Made by a program: the position numbers and the translations under genes. From an uncultured Planctomycetota bacterium (GTDB taxonomy: Bacteria; Planctomycetota; Planctomycetia; Isosphaerales; Isosphaeraceae): 64,000 nt of DNA. Location: positions 2,368,001 to 2,432,000 of the forward strand of contig CAWGMQ010000010.1 of NCBI GenBank assembly GCA_963823665.1, in the 5' to 3' direction. The first letter of the stretch is position 1. The number at the start of each line of letters is the position of its first letter. The notes below the pieces were generated by a model. The model saw only the letters and a program-made list of their open reading frames with translations, searched no databases and was not told where the DNA came from. Positions 45,175-55,400 of the stretch are shown here, in pieces.

Positions 45175-46400
45175 TCACCCACCCTTTTCGATCGCCAACG
45201 CAATCCCGTCGCGAGTAACAAGAAACGGCCGCGGGGTAATCGGGTAGCTCGACGTGTCATAATCCTTGCGCAATTGCGCTCCGTCCGCTTCTTCACCCGC
45301 CGCCGGTCCGAATAGAGTACCAAGGTGTCTCGATCCGGAATGCCGGCCCGGAACGGGCTGCCGAGTGCACCGCAGAACACGCGGTGCAGCTCGGGATGGA
45401 GCAGCCGGCTCGATGCCAGCCCGTCGCCCGTGGCGACGACGATCACTCGCCCTCCGTCCTCCTGTCGCGCCCCGGGCATCTTGGCCGGCCAGGATAGCCT
45501 GCTCAGGTTGGCCACGGCCACCTCGTGCATGGCCTGAGCATCCCTCTCCCATCGGACTGCATCAGCCGTGGTCACGAATCGGAAAATGTCGTTGCCCCGC
45601 AGGGCGTAGCAGATCACCACATCGGCAAGCCATTCATTCACGAGCGAATTCCGGTTCGCAGATGCCGATTCCAGGTAGCTGCGCGGCTTCAAGAGGGGGA
45701 CCACCCGAGCTTCTGCGTCTTCCCATGTTTCCTGACCCAGCGTCTCATTCATGGATTGATCGAGGCTCTTCACGAAATGTCGAATGATTTCGGCTCGACG
45801 CTTGGGAGCCTCGCGAACCTCTCGATACAGATTGCTCAGAAACACGACGCGGTTGCGCCCGCGGATCCCTTTCTCATCCGCCCGGAAGTCTTGATCGGGA
45901 TGGCGTTCCCGCAACATCCCGATCACCTCGTCGGTCAGTTGTCGCAGCGCCAGCTCCTCGTCGCGCGTGATCTCGAGCGTGGCCATCACGTGCTCGAAAG
46001 TCGGGTTCCAGATGTCGCGTTCCGCCACCGGAAGCTGGGTGCTGGCGAACAGCACCACATCACCACCCGCGATCAGCCAGTAATGGCCTCCCTCGCCGTC
46101 CTTCTGGACGTCCGCCTTGACGCCGTAATGTCGCAGCGTCGGATCGCGGCGAATGTTGCCCCCCTCCATATGCGGCAGCACCTGGTTGAGGATCTTGGGT
46201 AGTTCCTCCGTCAGTCGGTTGCTGTCCACGCTGACCGGCATGAGCGAGATCCACAGCCCGACATCATCGCGCTCATGCGGGCCGAATCCACACGAGCGAG
46301 CCTCGTCTTTCTGGATCTGGTCCCAGTAGGAAGGGTACTCCAGCCGGTACACTCCCGCGGGATGAACGAATTGCTTCAAATGAATCGGGTTCATGAACAT
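45175..46400 (-). CDS. DUF1444 (YtpQ-like) family protein with N-terminal extension; frameshift near 45275
   Basis: VVPLLKP, V..YAL....FRFV, A..NL, DG.ASSRLL, GIPDRD.L and YPITP pattern. Confidence 0.6.
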
Positions 46401-46532
46401 ACTCAGGGAATGATGAATCGAATATTCGTCTTTGCTTCACGCGCGGAAAGCGAAAGAAGCACAGGACGACCCGGTTCGAAACCCCGAACATTCGGGGACA
46501 GAGCCCCTCATACAGGTTCCACTCCGACACAT

Positions 46533-46616
46533 CCATTCTTGTAGGAGCGGGCTCCGTCCCGCTACAGGCAGAATCGCGACACGGCCATTTTTGTAGGAGC
46601 CGGCTCCGTCGGACGA
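46533..46616 (+). repeat. Two GTAG-type REP-like elements
   Basis: CCATT(C/T)TTGTAGGAGC(G/C)GGCTCCGTC at 46533 and 46585, each with a GGAGC/GCTCC hairpin. Confidence 0.75.
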
Positions 46617-46834
46617 TCCCGAATCCCCTCACGGCGCTGAGACCTTACGGTGGAAAACTCTAACAGGACCCAGACCATTTCATTCAGGCGACTTCTGACC
46701 GGGAAGATAACACTCAATCATTGATGCCTCCGTGCGATCTCAGGTTTGCTGACCACTTGGACTCAGATTTGCCGGATCACATACAATTTCGGCGGTCTTT
46801 TCACCCAGGAAGCCCATTGCACCAGGAGCGAGCC

Positions 46835-47824
46835 ATGGCCAAGGTCGTGCGGTTCCACAAAATTGGCGGTCCCGAAGTACTCCAGCTTGATGAGGTCGAA
46901 GTTGCGCCGCCGAAGCAGGGCGAGATCCAGATCCGCGTGAAAGCCTTGGGGCTGAACCGCGCCGAGTCGATGTTTCGGAGCGGGCAGTATCTGGAAGAGC
47001 CCCGGTTCCCCGCCCGTCTGGGTTACGAAGCCTCGGGAACGGTCGCAGCAGTCGGCCCCGGCGTCCAGGGCTTCAAGGCCGGTGACGCCGTCAGCGTGAT
47101 ACCCAGCTTCTCGCTAAACGAATACGGACTCTACGGCGAAGTCGCCAATGCCCCCGCACACGCGGTCACACACCATCCGGCGTCCCTTTCGTGGGTCGAC
47201 GCCGCGGCGGTCTGGATGCAATACCTTACAGCCTATGGAGCAATCATTGACATTGCCGGCTTGAAAGCGGGCGACTCGATCTTGATTCCGGCCGCCTCGA
47301 GCAGTGTCGGCCTGGCCGCGATTCAACTTGCCAGAAGGGTCGGAGCGACCCCGATCGCCTTGACTCGCGGCCACGCCAAGCGGCAAGCACTCAAAGATGC
47401 CGGAGCCGCTCACGTGATTTCCACCGACGAGCAAGACCTCGTGAAGGAAGTTCTCGGCCTCACGTCCGGCAAGGGTGCCCGTGTGGTCTTCGACCCCGTC
47501 GGCGGCCCAACATTTGCAAAACTCGCGGAAGCCACAGCCCATCGTGGAACGCTCTTCCTCTACGGAGCGCTCAGCACCGAGCCCACTCCATTGCCTCTCT
47601 TCACGACGCTGGCCAAGTGGCTCACCATCCGTGGGTACGTGATGATGGAAATCACCAGCAACCCGGGTCGTCTGGAACGCGCCCTGGAGTTCATCAACGA
47701 GGGCCTCGCCGACGGAAGTTTGAAGCCGATCATTGCCAAGACGTTCCCGCTGAAGGATATTGTCGAGGCGCATCGCTATCTCGAATCCAACCAGCAGATT
47801 GGCAAGGTCGTCGTGACGGTTTAG
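46835..47824 (+). CDS. NADPH:quinone oxidoreductase (MDR / zinc-type ADH-like family)
   Basis: GGPEVLQ, GLNRAE...R.GQY, LGYEASG, AASSSVGLAAIQ, VFDPVGG, AHRYLESNQQIGKVVV; AGGAG RBS. Confidence 0.92.
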   Translation: MAKVVRFHKIGGPEVLQLDEVEVAPPKQGEIQIRVKALGLNRAESMFRSGQYLEEPRFPARLGYEASGTVAAVGPGVQGFKAGDAVSVIPSFSLNEYGLYGEVANAPAHAVTHHPASLSWVDAAAVWMQYLTAYGAIIDIAGLKAGDSILIPAASSSVGLAAIQLARRVGATPIALTRGHAKRQALKDAGAAHVISTDEQDLVKEVLGLTSGKGARVVFDPVGGPTFAKLAEATAHRGTLFLYGALSTEPTPLPLFTTLAKWLTIRGYVMMEITSNPGRLERALEFINEGLADGSLKPIIAKTFPLKDIVEAHRYLESNQQIGKVVVTV

Positions 47825-47830
47825 AAACCG

Positions 47831-48868
47831 ATGCGTTTACAGTCGCTGCTCGGAATGAGCTTGCCGTTGATTCAGGCCCCTATGGCCGGCGTCCAGGGAA
47901 GCGCCCTGGCGGTGGCCGCGTCGACCGCTGGGGCACTCGGCTCCCTGCCTTGCGCCATGCTCAGCCCGGACGCGATGCGGAACGAGCTCGTTGCGGTCCG
48001 CAGCCAGGCGTCAGGCCCCTTCAACGTCAACTTCTTCTGCCACACGCCGCCCGATCCCAGCGCCGAGCGCGAGGCCGTATGGCGGGCGGCACTCGCTCCG
48101 TATTACAGAGAACTTGGGCTCGACGTCGGCACGATCGCCGGAGGAGCCACGCGCACGCCGTTCGGCAATCAGGCCGCTGATGTACTCGAGGAGTTCCGGC
48201 CCGCCGTCGTAAGCTTCCATTTCGGCTTGCCGTCGCCCGAGTTGATCGCTCGGGTGCGAGGCTGGGGCTCAAGAGTGCTTTCTTCAGCGACAACAGTAGA
48301 GGAAGCACGCTGGCTCGAAGAACGTGGAGTCGATGCGATCATCGCCCAGGGGCTCGAGGCCGGCGGCCACCGCGGTATGTTCCTGTCAGACGACCTGACG
48401 ACGCAGATCGGTACGCTCGCGCTCGTCCCGCAGATCGTCAGTGCCGTGAAGGTTCCGGTCATCGCCGCGGGAGGCATCGCCGACGCAAAAGGTGTGCGCG
48501 CTGCGATGGCCCTGGGTGCCGCCGGCGTGCAGGTGGGAACAGCTTTCTTGCTGTGCCCCGAGGCCACGACGAGCGTCGTGCACCGCACCGCGCTCAAGAG
48601 CGATAGAGCCCGCCAGACGGCGGTAACGAACGTCTTCACCGGCAGGCTCGCTCGCGGGATCGTCAACCGGCTGATACGCGAGGTCGGCCCGATCAGCTCG
48701 ATCGCACCAGAGTTCCCCTTGGCCGCGGCCGCTATCGCCCCGCTCCGCGCCGCGGCCGAGAGCCGGGGCAGCGGCGATCTCTCGCCCCTCTGGGCGGGGC
48801 AGAACGCATCCGGATGCAAAGAAGTCCCCGCCGCCCAGCTTGTTGATGAGCTGGCCGCAGGATTCTAG
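47831..48868 (+). CDS. Nitronate monooxygenase (NMO/2-nitropropane dioxygenase) family flavoprotein
   Basis: PLIQAPMAG, VSFHFGLP, AQGLEAGGHRG, PVIAAGGIAD, VQVGTAFL, FTGR.ARG..N, LWAGQ. Confidence 0.92.
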   Translation: MRLQSLLGMSLPLIQAPMAGVQGSALAVAASTAGALGSLPCAMLSPDAMRNELVAVRSQASGPFNVNFFCHTPPDPSAEREAVWRAALAPYYRELGLDVGTIAGGATRTPFGNQAADVLEEFRPAVVSFHFGLPSPELIARVRGWGSRVLSSATTVEEARWLEERGVDAIIAQGLEAGGHRGMFLSDDLTTQIGTLALVPQIVSAVKVPVIAAGGIADAKGVRAAMALGAAGVQVGTAFLLCPEATTSVVHRTALKSDRARQTAVTNVFTGRLARGIVNRLIREVGPISSIAPEFPLAAAAIAPLRAAAESRGSGDLSPLWAGQNASGCKEVPAAQLVDELAAGF

Positions 48869-49041
48869 CTAACATTGCCTGCACCGCGCGCGACAGCCGC
48901 CGATCGGCGTGTTCTTCGACCGCGATCGGCACTTGCGGGCGCCGTTTGCCCATTTAAGAATTGTGAAGCCATCCTGGCGTCTGGGGCTCCGGTTGCAGGC
49001 CTTTTCTGAGACGGTCGGTAGGTCCCGATCCGTAAACCCAC

Positions 49042-50321
49042 ATGATTGACACCACTCCCTCCGCCGATCGCTACGACCTGCTCTCCGCGGAGTTTCTCGC
49101 CGATCCGTATCCGCTCTATGCCCGGCTGCGAGCGGATGACCCTGTTTACTGGTCAACTGCCCAGAGCTACTGGCTCGTCAGCCGGTACGCGGATGTGCAC
49201 GCCGCGGCACGCGATCCGCGGTGCTCGTCAAACACCGTGGACACGCTCATGGATCGGTTGCCGGCCGAAACGCACAACGAGCTCGCTTCCTTGCGAACGA
49301 TCCTCGGCGACCGGATGCTCTTCACCGACGCCCCTCGGCACAATATCCTGCGCGGGCTGATTCACAAAGCCTTCACGCCGCGCCGTATTGAGCTGATGCG
49401 AACGACGGTCCAGAAGGTGCTCGACGAGCTTCTGGAACCGGTCGCCAAGACGGAATCGTTCGACGTCATCGAAGACGTGGCTGATCCACTCCCCTCGCGC
49501 ATGATCACGATGATGCTCGGCATCCGGGCGGAGGATCGCGACCGATTCAAATCGTGGACGGATGCAATCTATCTCTTCATGGGGTTGAGCGGCACACCCA
49601 TTCTCGACCGCGCCCGTGCGGCTGCATCCGCCGCCCATGAATTGACGCAGTATCTCCGACGTGAAATCTCCGCGGTAAGGCGATCGCCCCGCGACGACCT
49701 GCTCAGCGACCTGGTCGCCGCGGAAGAGCAGGGTGACACGCTCACCGAGGCGGAGCTGATCTCAAACGTCGTGGGAGTCTTGAATGCCGGGCACGAGACA
49801 ACCACGAACCTGATCGGCAATGGTGTGCTGGGCTGCTGGAAAATCCTGGAAGCTGGGAGATGCTCCGCGACGACCCCGCGCTCATTCCTCGCGCCGTCGA
49901 GGAGGTTCTGCGGTATGAAAGCCCGATTCAGATGATCTCTCGAATCGCAGCCGAGAGCGTCGAGATCGGCGGGGTGAAAATTGGGCGAGGGGAACCGGTC
50001 GCTTTGATTCTCGGCTCGGCTAATCGCGATCCAGAGCAGTTCCCGCACGCCGACCGGTTCGAGATCGGCCGCGCGGACAACCGGCACGTGGCCTTCGGCC
50101 ATGGCCCGCACTTCTGTATCGGCGGCGCACTCGCGCGTGTGGTGGGCCAGGTCGTTTTCGGCACGCTTCCGTCTCGCTTTCCGAGCTTGAGACTTGCGTC
50201 GCAGGCCCGTGAATGGCGGGCTTACCCCATCTTCCGGGGACTAAGGCGGCTTACCCGTGATGACCTGAAATTGCTTTGGAGATCACGACGCCGGAAAAAA
50301 GGTGTCAGTGCACCCCCTTGA
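49042..50321 (+). CDS. Cytochrome P450, frameshifted near 49830-49860
   Basis: DPYPLY..LR..DPV, AGHETT I-helix, EEVLRYESP (ExxR), ANRDP..F, heme ligand FGHGPHFCIG. Confidence 0.93.
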
Positions 50322-50384
50322 CGGCGTTCATTTGAACGCTATGCTGGCGTTCGATTGTAAGCGAATCTCCTGGAGGCTCGATCA

Positions 50385-50769
50385 TTGACCAAGCGGCCCG
50401 CTCTCGCCGAAATCCGAGCTTGAGATCGCCCAGCTCGTCTGGCAGTTGGGCCAGGCCACCGTGCGCCAGGTGCTCGATGCACTGCCCACGCAGCGCGGCC
50501 TGGATTTCAAGACCGTTCAGACCTACTTGCGCCGCCTCGAGGCCAAAGGCTATCTCCGCTCGCGGCGCGAGGGGCGAGCCAAGATCTACGTCGCTCGCGT
50601 GCAGCCGGAACAGGTTCGTCGCGAGGTGATCAACGACTTCATCCATCGCCTCTTCGGCGGTGAAACCATTCCTCTTTTCCAGCATCTGATCAACGACCGG
50701 GGCTTGAGCGATTCCGAAATCAGCCGGTTGCGCGAATTGCTCGACACGTTGGAGGTCCGCAAGCCATGA
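50385..50769 (+). CDS. BlaI/MecI/CopY family transcriptional repressor (frameshift near 50410)
   Basis: SELEIA..VW.LG.ATVR.V, TVQTYLRRLE.KGYL, F.G....L..HL, LS..EI..LR.LL; GGAGG RBS; stop overlaps the next start (ATGA). Confidence 0.9.
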
Positions 50770-53700
50770 TTTCACTCGGCCAGCTTGTCTGGACCCAGCT
50801 CTGGCAGGTCACCGCGGTCGCCGCCGGCGTCGGTCTCTGGTCGTCAAGATCGGGTGCCGGCATCGGCCCCACCTTGCCCACGCGCTCTGGCTCGTTGTGC
50901 TCGTCAAATGCCTGACGCCCCCGCTTTTGAGCAGCCCCACCAGCATCTTCAGTTGGGCAGCGCGCGATTCCGCGACGCCCATCACGATCGCATCCGCATC
51001 ATCACCGGTCGATAACGCGATCAGCCTCACGCCGGTCTCGCACTCTGAACCGGACGCGCATCACGAAACCCCAGGCGGCGAACAGCTTCTGGCATCGAAA
51101 TCCGCCCCAGGCGATCCCCATTCGCTCAACGATCCGCCGGCTGAATCGGCCCCAAGACCCAGCGGCGGGTTGCCCCGCCAGTCTCCATCGCCATGGTTCT
51201 GGGCATCGCATGGCTCGTCGGCGCTCTCGCCTACGCAGGCTACGCATTGCTCGCGACGCTCTCCTGCTGGCGGATCATGCACACGAGTCGATTGCCGGCT
51301 GACGAACGATTGAGGAGTCTGGTCGCGGATTTGTCGCGGCGGCTGGGCCTGGGCCGCCCCGTCCGGGTGTGGGTCACCAGCAAGCCGCTCGGGCCGTTGA
51401 GCTTCGGCCTGTTACGGCCCACCGTGGTCTTGCCGGAGGCGCTCGCGGCCGGTCGATCCCCGACCGAGCTCGAGCCGCTGCTGGCGCACTGAGCTGGTTC
51501 ACCTCCGTCGCCGCGATTCGCTCATCGGTCTGCTCCAGCTCGCCGCGCGATGCCTCTGGTGGTTTCACCCGCTCCTCTGGTGGGCCGGTCGCCGGATCGA
51601 TTTCGAGCGCGAGCGCTGCTGCGACGAAGAGGTCGTCGCGGGCCTCGCGATCGACCCCGCTCGCTACGCGCGAACTCTCCTGTCGGTGCTCGAGCTGAAG
51701 CGGCAGTTGCGCTCGATGCCGGCCTCGCCCGGTGCACGTCCCTTCGAGATCACCCAGCGCCGATTGGAGCACATCATGCTGCGCAGCAATCGATTCCGAG
51801 CCCGAACGCCTCGCCGCGATTGGCTGGCGCTCGTCGCGCTGGCGTCTGCTGCTTGTCCCGGGAGCCGGCCTCACCGGCTGGAGCAGCCAGAGCAGCGAGT
51901 CCCTCCGGCACGACCCGATCCCGCGATCTCTCGCCGCCCGCCCAGGCAGACAGCGCGATACCCGCGGCCATCAATCACGCTGGTCCCACGCCGAGCGGAA
52001 AGAAACCGCGACCGAGGCTGAAGCCGAAATGCACGTCATCGGCGTTTACGAGGCGATCGATCGCCCTGGGAATGTCACGAAACGCGTGTACGTCAATGTG
52101 CGACCGACCACCAAACCGCATCGTCCTGGTGCTCACCGCGTATAAGGCCGTTGACTGGCACGTCTCTCTCGGCCGTGGAGCACGCGTCAAAAAGGTGATC
52201 ATGAGCGGCTATTTCGAGCAGGAAATCCGCGGTCTTCGCGCCGGCATTCCCGTCGAGAACCGATCGTATTTCCCCATCGACGGTTCGCGGCGCAAGGAAG
52301 GCTGGTTCTGCGCCCACCAGTGGAACACGCTCGATTGGCGACAGATGGCTCGGAGACTGAACGAGATGACTGGCCTCGCCGTCACCAGCTTTCAGGGAGC
52401 GAACCAAGGCGATTCCTTCATTGTCGATGGGAAAGTCGGCCGCGAGTTTGGCCAGGCTGGGCTGAGCCGGGCCACCGCTCGCAAGCCGGCGCCGCAAGAT
52501 CTACGCGAGGCTTCGAAAAACTGCCGCCTTGCACGTACTGGGAATCTATCATCCGGGCAACCAGAATCGCGGCGGGCTCGTCGACGTTGAGGTTCGCCCG
52601 GCGCCCAAAGCCGATCGTGCTGGTATTGACGTCGTATTGGGAAGCGATCTGGAACATCAAGCTCGCCCCGGGCGCCCGGATCAAGCACGTGATTGTCGGG
52701 AGTCCCTTTCCCCAGGAGGTCGAGGGCGTTCCGACTGGCGTGCCGGTACATTATTTCTGCCCCGATCACACGACATTATTCTTCGAGGGAAAGCAACAGC
52801 CGCCGCGCGAGCCGCAAGGGTTCTACGCGTACGAAGGGAACACGCTCAATTACCGACGTATGCTGGAAAAGCTGAACGACTTGACGGGCCTCCTGGTTTC
52901 CACTTTCCAGGGCGAATACACCGGCACATCTTTCATCGTCGATGGTACGCGCGGCCGCGAATACGCGCAGATAGAGCGTCAAGTACGGCCGGCCCCTCCG
53001 AAGGAGGTCAAACCCGAGGAGCTGCTGGCGGCCTCGGCAAATGCCGGCCTGCATGTCGTGGGCGTTTACGGGGCCGGCCCTATTAACAGCGGCCGCCCTG
53101 TTGACGTGGAAGTCCGTGCGACCGCCAGTCCGGTCGTGCTCGCGCTCGCGTCCTACGGGTCGGTTCTCTGGAACGTGAAACTCGCTCAGGGCGCGAAGGT
53201 GAGCGCGGTGATCGTCGGCGGCTATTTCGAGCAAGAGATACAAGGCGTTCCGGCTGGAATTCCGGTGGTTATCAAGAGCTATGCACAATCGCCAGATCGG
53301 GATTACTTCTTCGGCTACAACTGGAATTCGGACGAATGCCGCAACCTGATTGGCAAGTTGAACGACATGACAGGCCGGCTCGTTTCGACCTTCCAGGGCC
53401 AGGAAACCGGCGTGTCCTTCGTGGTCGATGGCGAGCGCGGCCGCAACTTCGCCCAGACGGTGCGCATGCCTGCCAGCTCCCGAGCCCTGCAGCCGCGAAA
53501 GAACGGTTGCAGCCGCAGAAAGACCTGCTGTCCGACGTGGCGGATATTCCCTCCCAGGAGCTGAAGGCCGGCGGTGACGCCGACAAGCGCTACCTGCTGA
53601 TCGGCCCGAAAAAGGATGCCAAGCCCCCGGCCGGAGGCTACGGCCTGGTCGTGATCATGCCCGGCGGGGATGGCAGTGCCGATTTTCATCCGTTCGTCAA

Positions 53701-54230
53701 ACGAATCTACAAGAATGCGTTGTCAGACGAGTATCTGGCCGCCCAGCCCATCGCCGTGAAATGGGCTGCCGACCAGCAGATCGTCTGGCCGACGAAGTCG
53801 AATCCCGTCGCCAAGATGAAATTCAGCACCGAGGAATTCATCGAGGCAGTGATCGACGATGTGGCGAAAAAACACAAGCTTGACCGCACCAAAGTCTTTT
53901 CTCTCTCCTGGTCGTCAAGCGGCCCCGCCGCATACGCCGCCTCGCTGCAAGAGAAGCACATCATCCGGGGCTCGTTCATCGCCATGTCGGTATTTCAACC
54001 GCGGTTCCTGCCCCCGCTGAAAGCCGCGAAGGGTCAGGCTTATTACCTCTATCATTCGCGAGCAAGACCGCATTTGCCCGTTCCGCATGGCCGAACAGGC
54101 CAGGAAGGCGCTTGAAGAAAACGGCGCCAAGGTTCAGCTCGAAACCTACGCAGGCGGCCACGGCTGGCACAACAGCGTCTACGGCCACATCCGGAAAGGC
54201 ATCGACTGGCTGGAGAAAACGGCGGAGTGA
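50766..54230 (+). CDS. BlaR1/M56 metallopeptidase signal transducer with three repeated domains and a C-terminal alpha/beta hydrolase; many frameshifts
   Basis: LWLVVLVKCLTPP, GP..FGLLRP.VVLP, LAH/ELVH zinc motif, WWFHPL.W, RERCCDE, Y...LL, RRLE.IM. Three ~145 aa repeats follow, then a hydrolase with WSSSG, D..CP and GGHGW. Confidence 0.75.
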
Positions 54231-54420
54231 TGTACCTTGCCGGTCCTGAACGCCTCTGCTACAGTTGCCCTTCTGGATCGCCACCGCCCAGAGGCCGTCC
54301 CTGAGAGGCCGGGGCGGCACGTCAGAAGGGCCCTCGGCCTCGGGACCGGCCGTCGCGACCCGCGCCTCCAATCCGCACGAATGACGGATGACACCCCTTG
54401 CGGAAGGGCGGGTTCACACC

Positions 54421-54849
54421 ATGGCTGCCAACCAGGATTTGTTGCTTGAAGAACGGTCGATGGTGACCATGAATTTCGGAGATCACATCGAGGAACTCCG
54501 TCGTCATTTGATTCTGGCATTGCTCGGACTCTTTGTCGGCGTCATCGCGACGCTGGTTCCTCCGTTCAACCTGGCACGCGAGATTCTTCGCCAGATGCAG
54601 GAGCCCGCGCAGCGGAGCCTTGGCGCCTGGAGCGCGAGGCACGCACGTGAAAAGGCCGCGTCAGCCGCGGCGGCGGGTTCCTACACGTCGGTACCCACGC
54701 GCATTTCCGCCGACGCGTTCGCGCAAGCCGTGCATCAGGTTTTCCCCGAGTTGCGCGTCCCGTCCCCGCACGCTTTGAAGGACCGCTATGTCGAGCTGCC
54801 CCAGGAGTTGAGCGACTCGAGCCTCATCACTGCCGTTGGAACCGAATAG
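54421..54849 (+). pseudogene. tatC: TatC N-terminal fragment (truncated twin-arginine translocase subunit)
   Basis: M.FGDHIEELRRHLILAL signature and TM1 plus periplasmic loop; ends at TAG 54849 with no further TatC helices downstream. Confidence 0.7.
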
Positions 54850-54875
54850 CCCCGCTCCGCATGACCGTGCCCCGT

Positions 54876-54980
54876 TGCGCCTTCCCCCTTTGCGACTTTG
54901 CGCCTTCGCGTGTGCCCTTCTTCGCCTTTGATCTCTTCGCATCTTTCACTTCTTTGTCACGCTCACCTCTTCGCGCCTTG
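54876..54980 (+). repeat. Degenerate CTTYGCG(C/A) pyrimidine-rich repeat tract
   Basis: TTGCGCCTT...CTTTGCGACTTTGCGCCTTCGCGTG...CTTCGCCTTTG...CTTCGCATCTT...CTTCGCGCCTT. Confidence 0.6.
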
Positions 54981-55136
54981 AACGGGGTGGGAAACGCCAA
55001 CGAGCACTCTTCTCCGCGTGAAGTCGTTGCTCGTCCGCACTCCGATCCCACGTTCGTTTCGGCACGCTGTTTGCAAGTCATCTGTGCGCGGGAAAAAAGT
55101 CGGCGGCCGCATCGATCACAGCACAAGGAGACTTTC

Positions 55137-55400
55137 ATGTCGGCGCCCAGACGCTGCCGAGAGTGCGGCCGGAAGCTCGCTGACGCTCACTTCTGTCCCC
55201 GATGTCGCGAGTGGTTTTGCTGCCTTACCTGCCTGGCCGGCGACAACGATCGACATCTGCATGAGAATGCAACATCCGTCAGTCCTCTGAAACCGTCCGG
55301 CACGGGTCGTTCGCGCACCCGTCCTACGCATACGAACATTTCAATATACATCGAGGAACTGACTGCCTGGTCGCGCACCTTCAACGCGAACCGGCGGTGA
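55137..55400 (+). CDS. Small Cys-rich zinc-finger protein (zf-HIT-like spacing)
   Basis: AAGGAG RBS then MSAPRRCRECGRKLADAHFCPRCREWFCCLTCL...RHLH. Confidence 0.55.
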   Translation: MSAPRRCRECGRKLADAHFCPRCREWFCCLTCLAGDNDRHLHENATSVSPLKPSGTGRSRTRPTHTNISIYIEELTAWSRTFNANRR

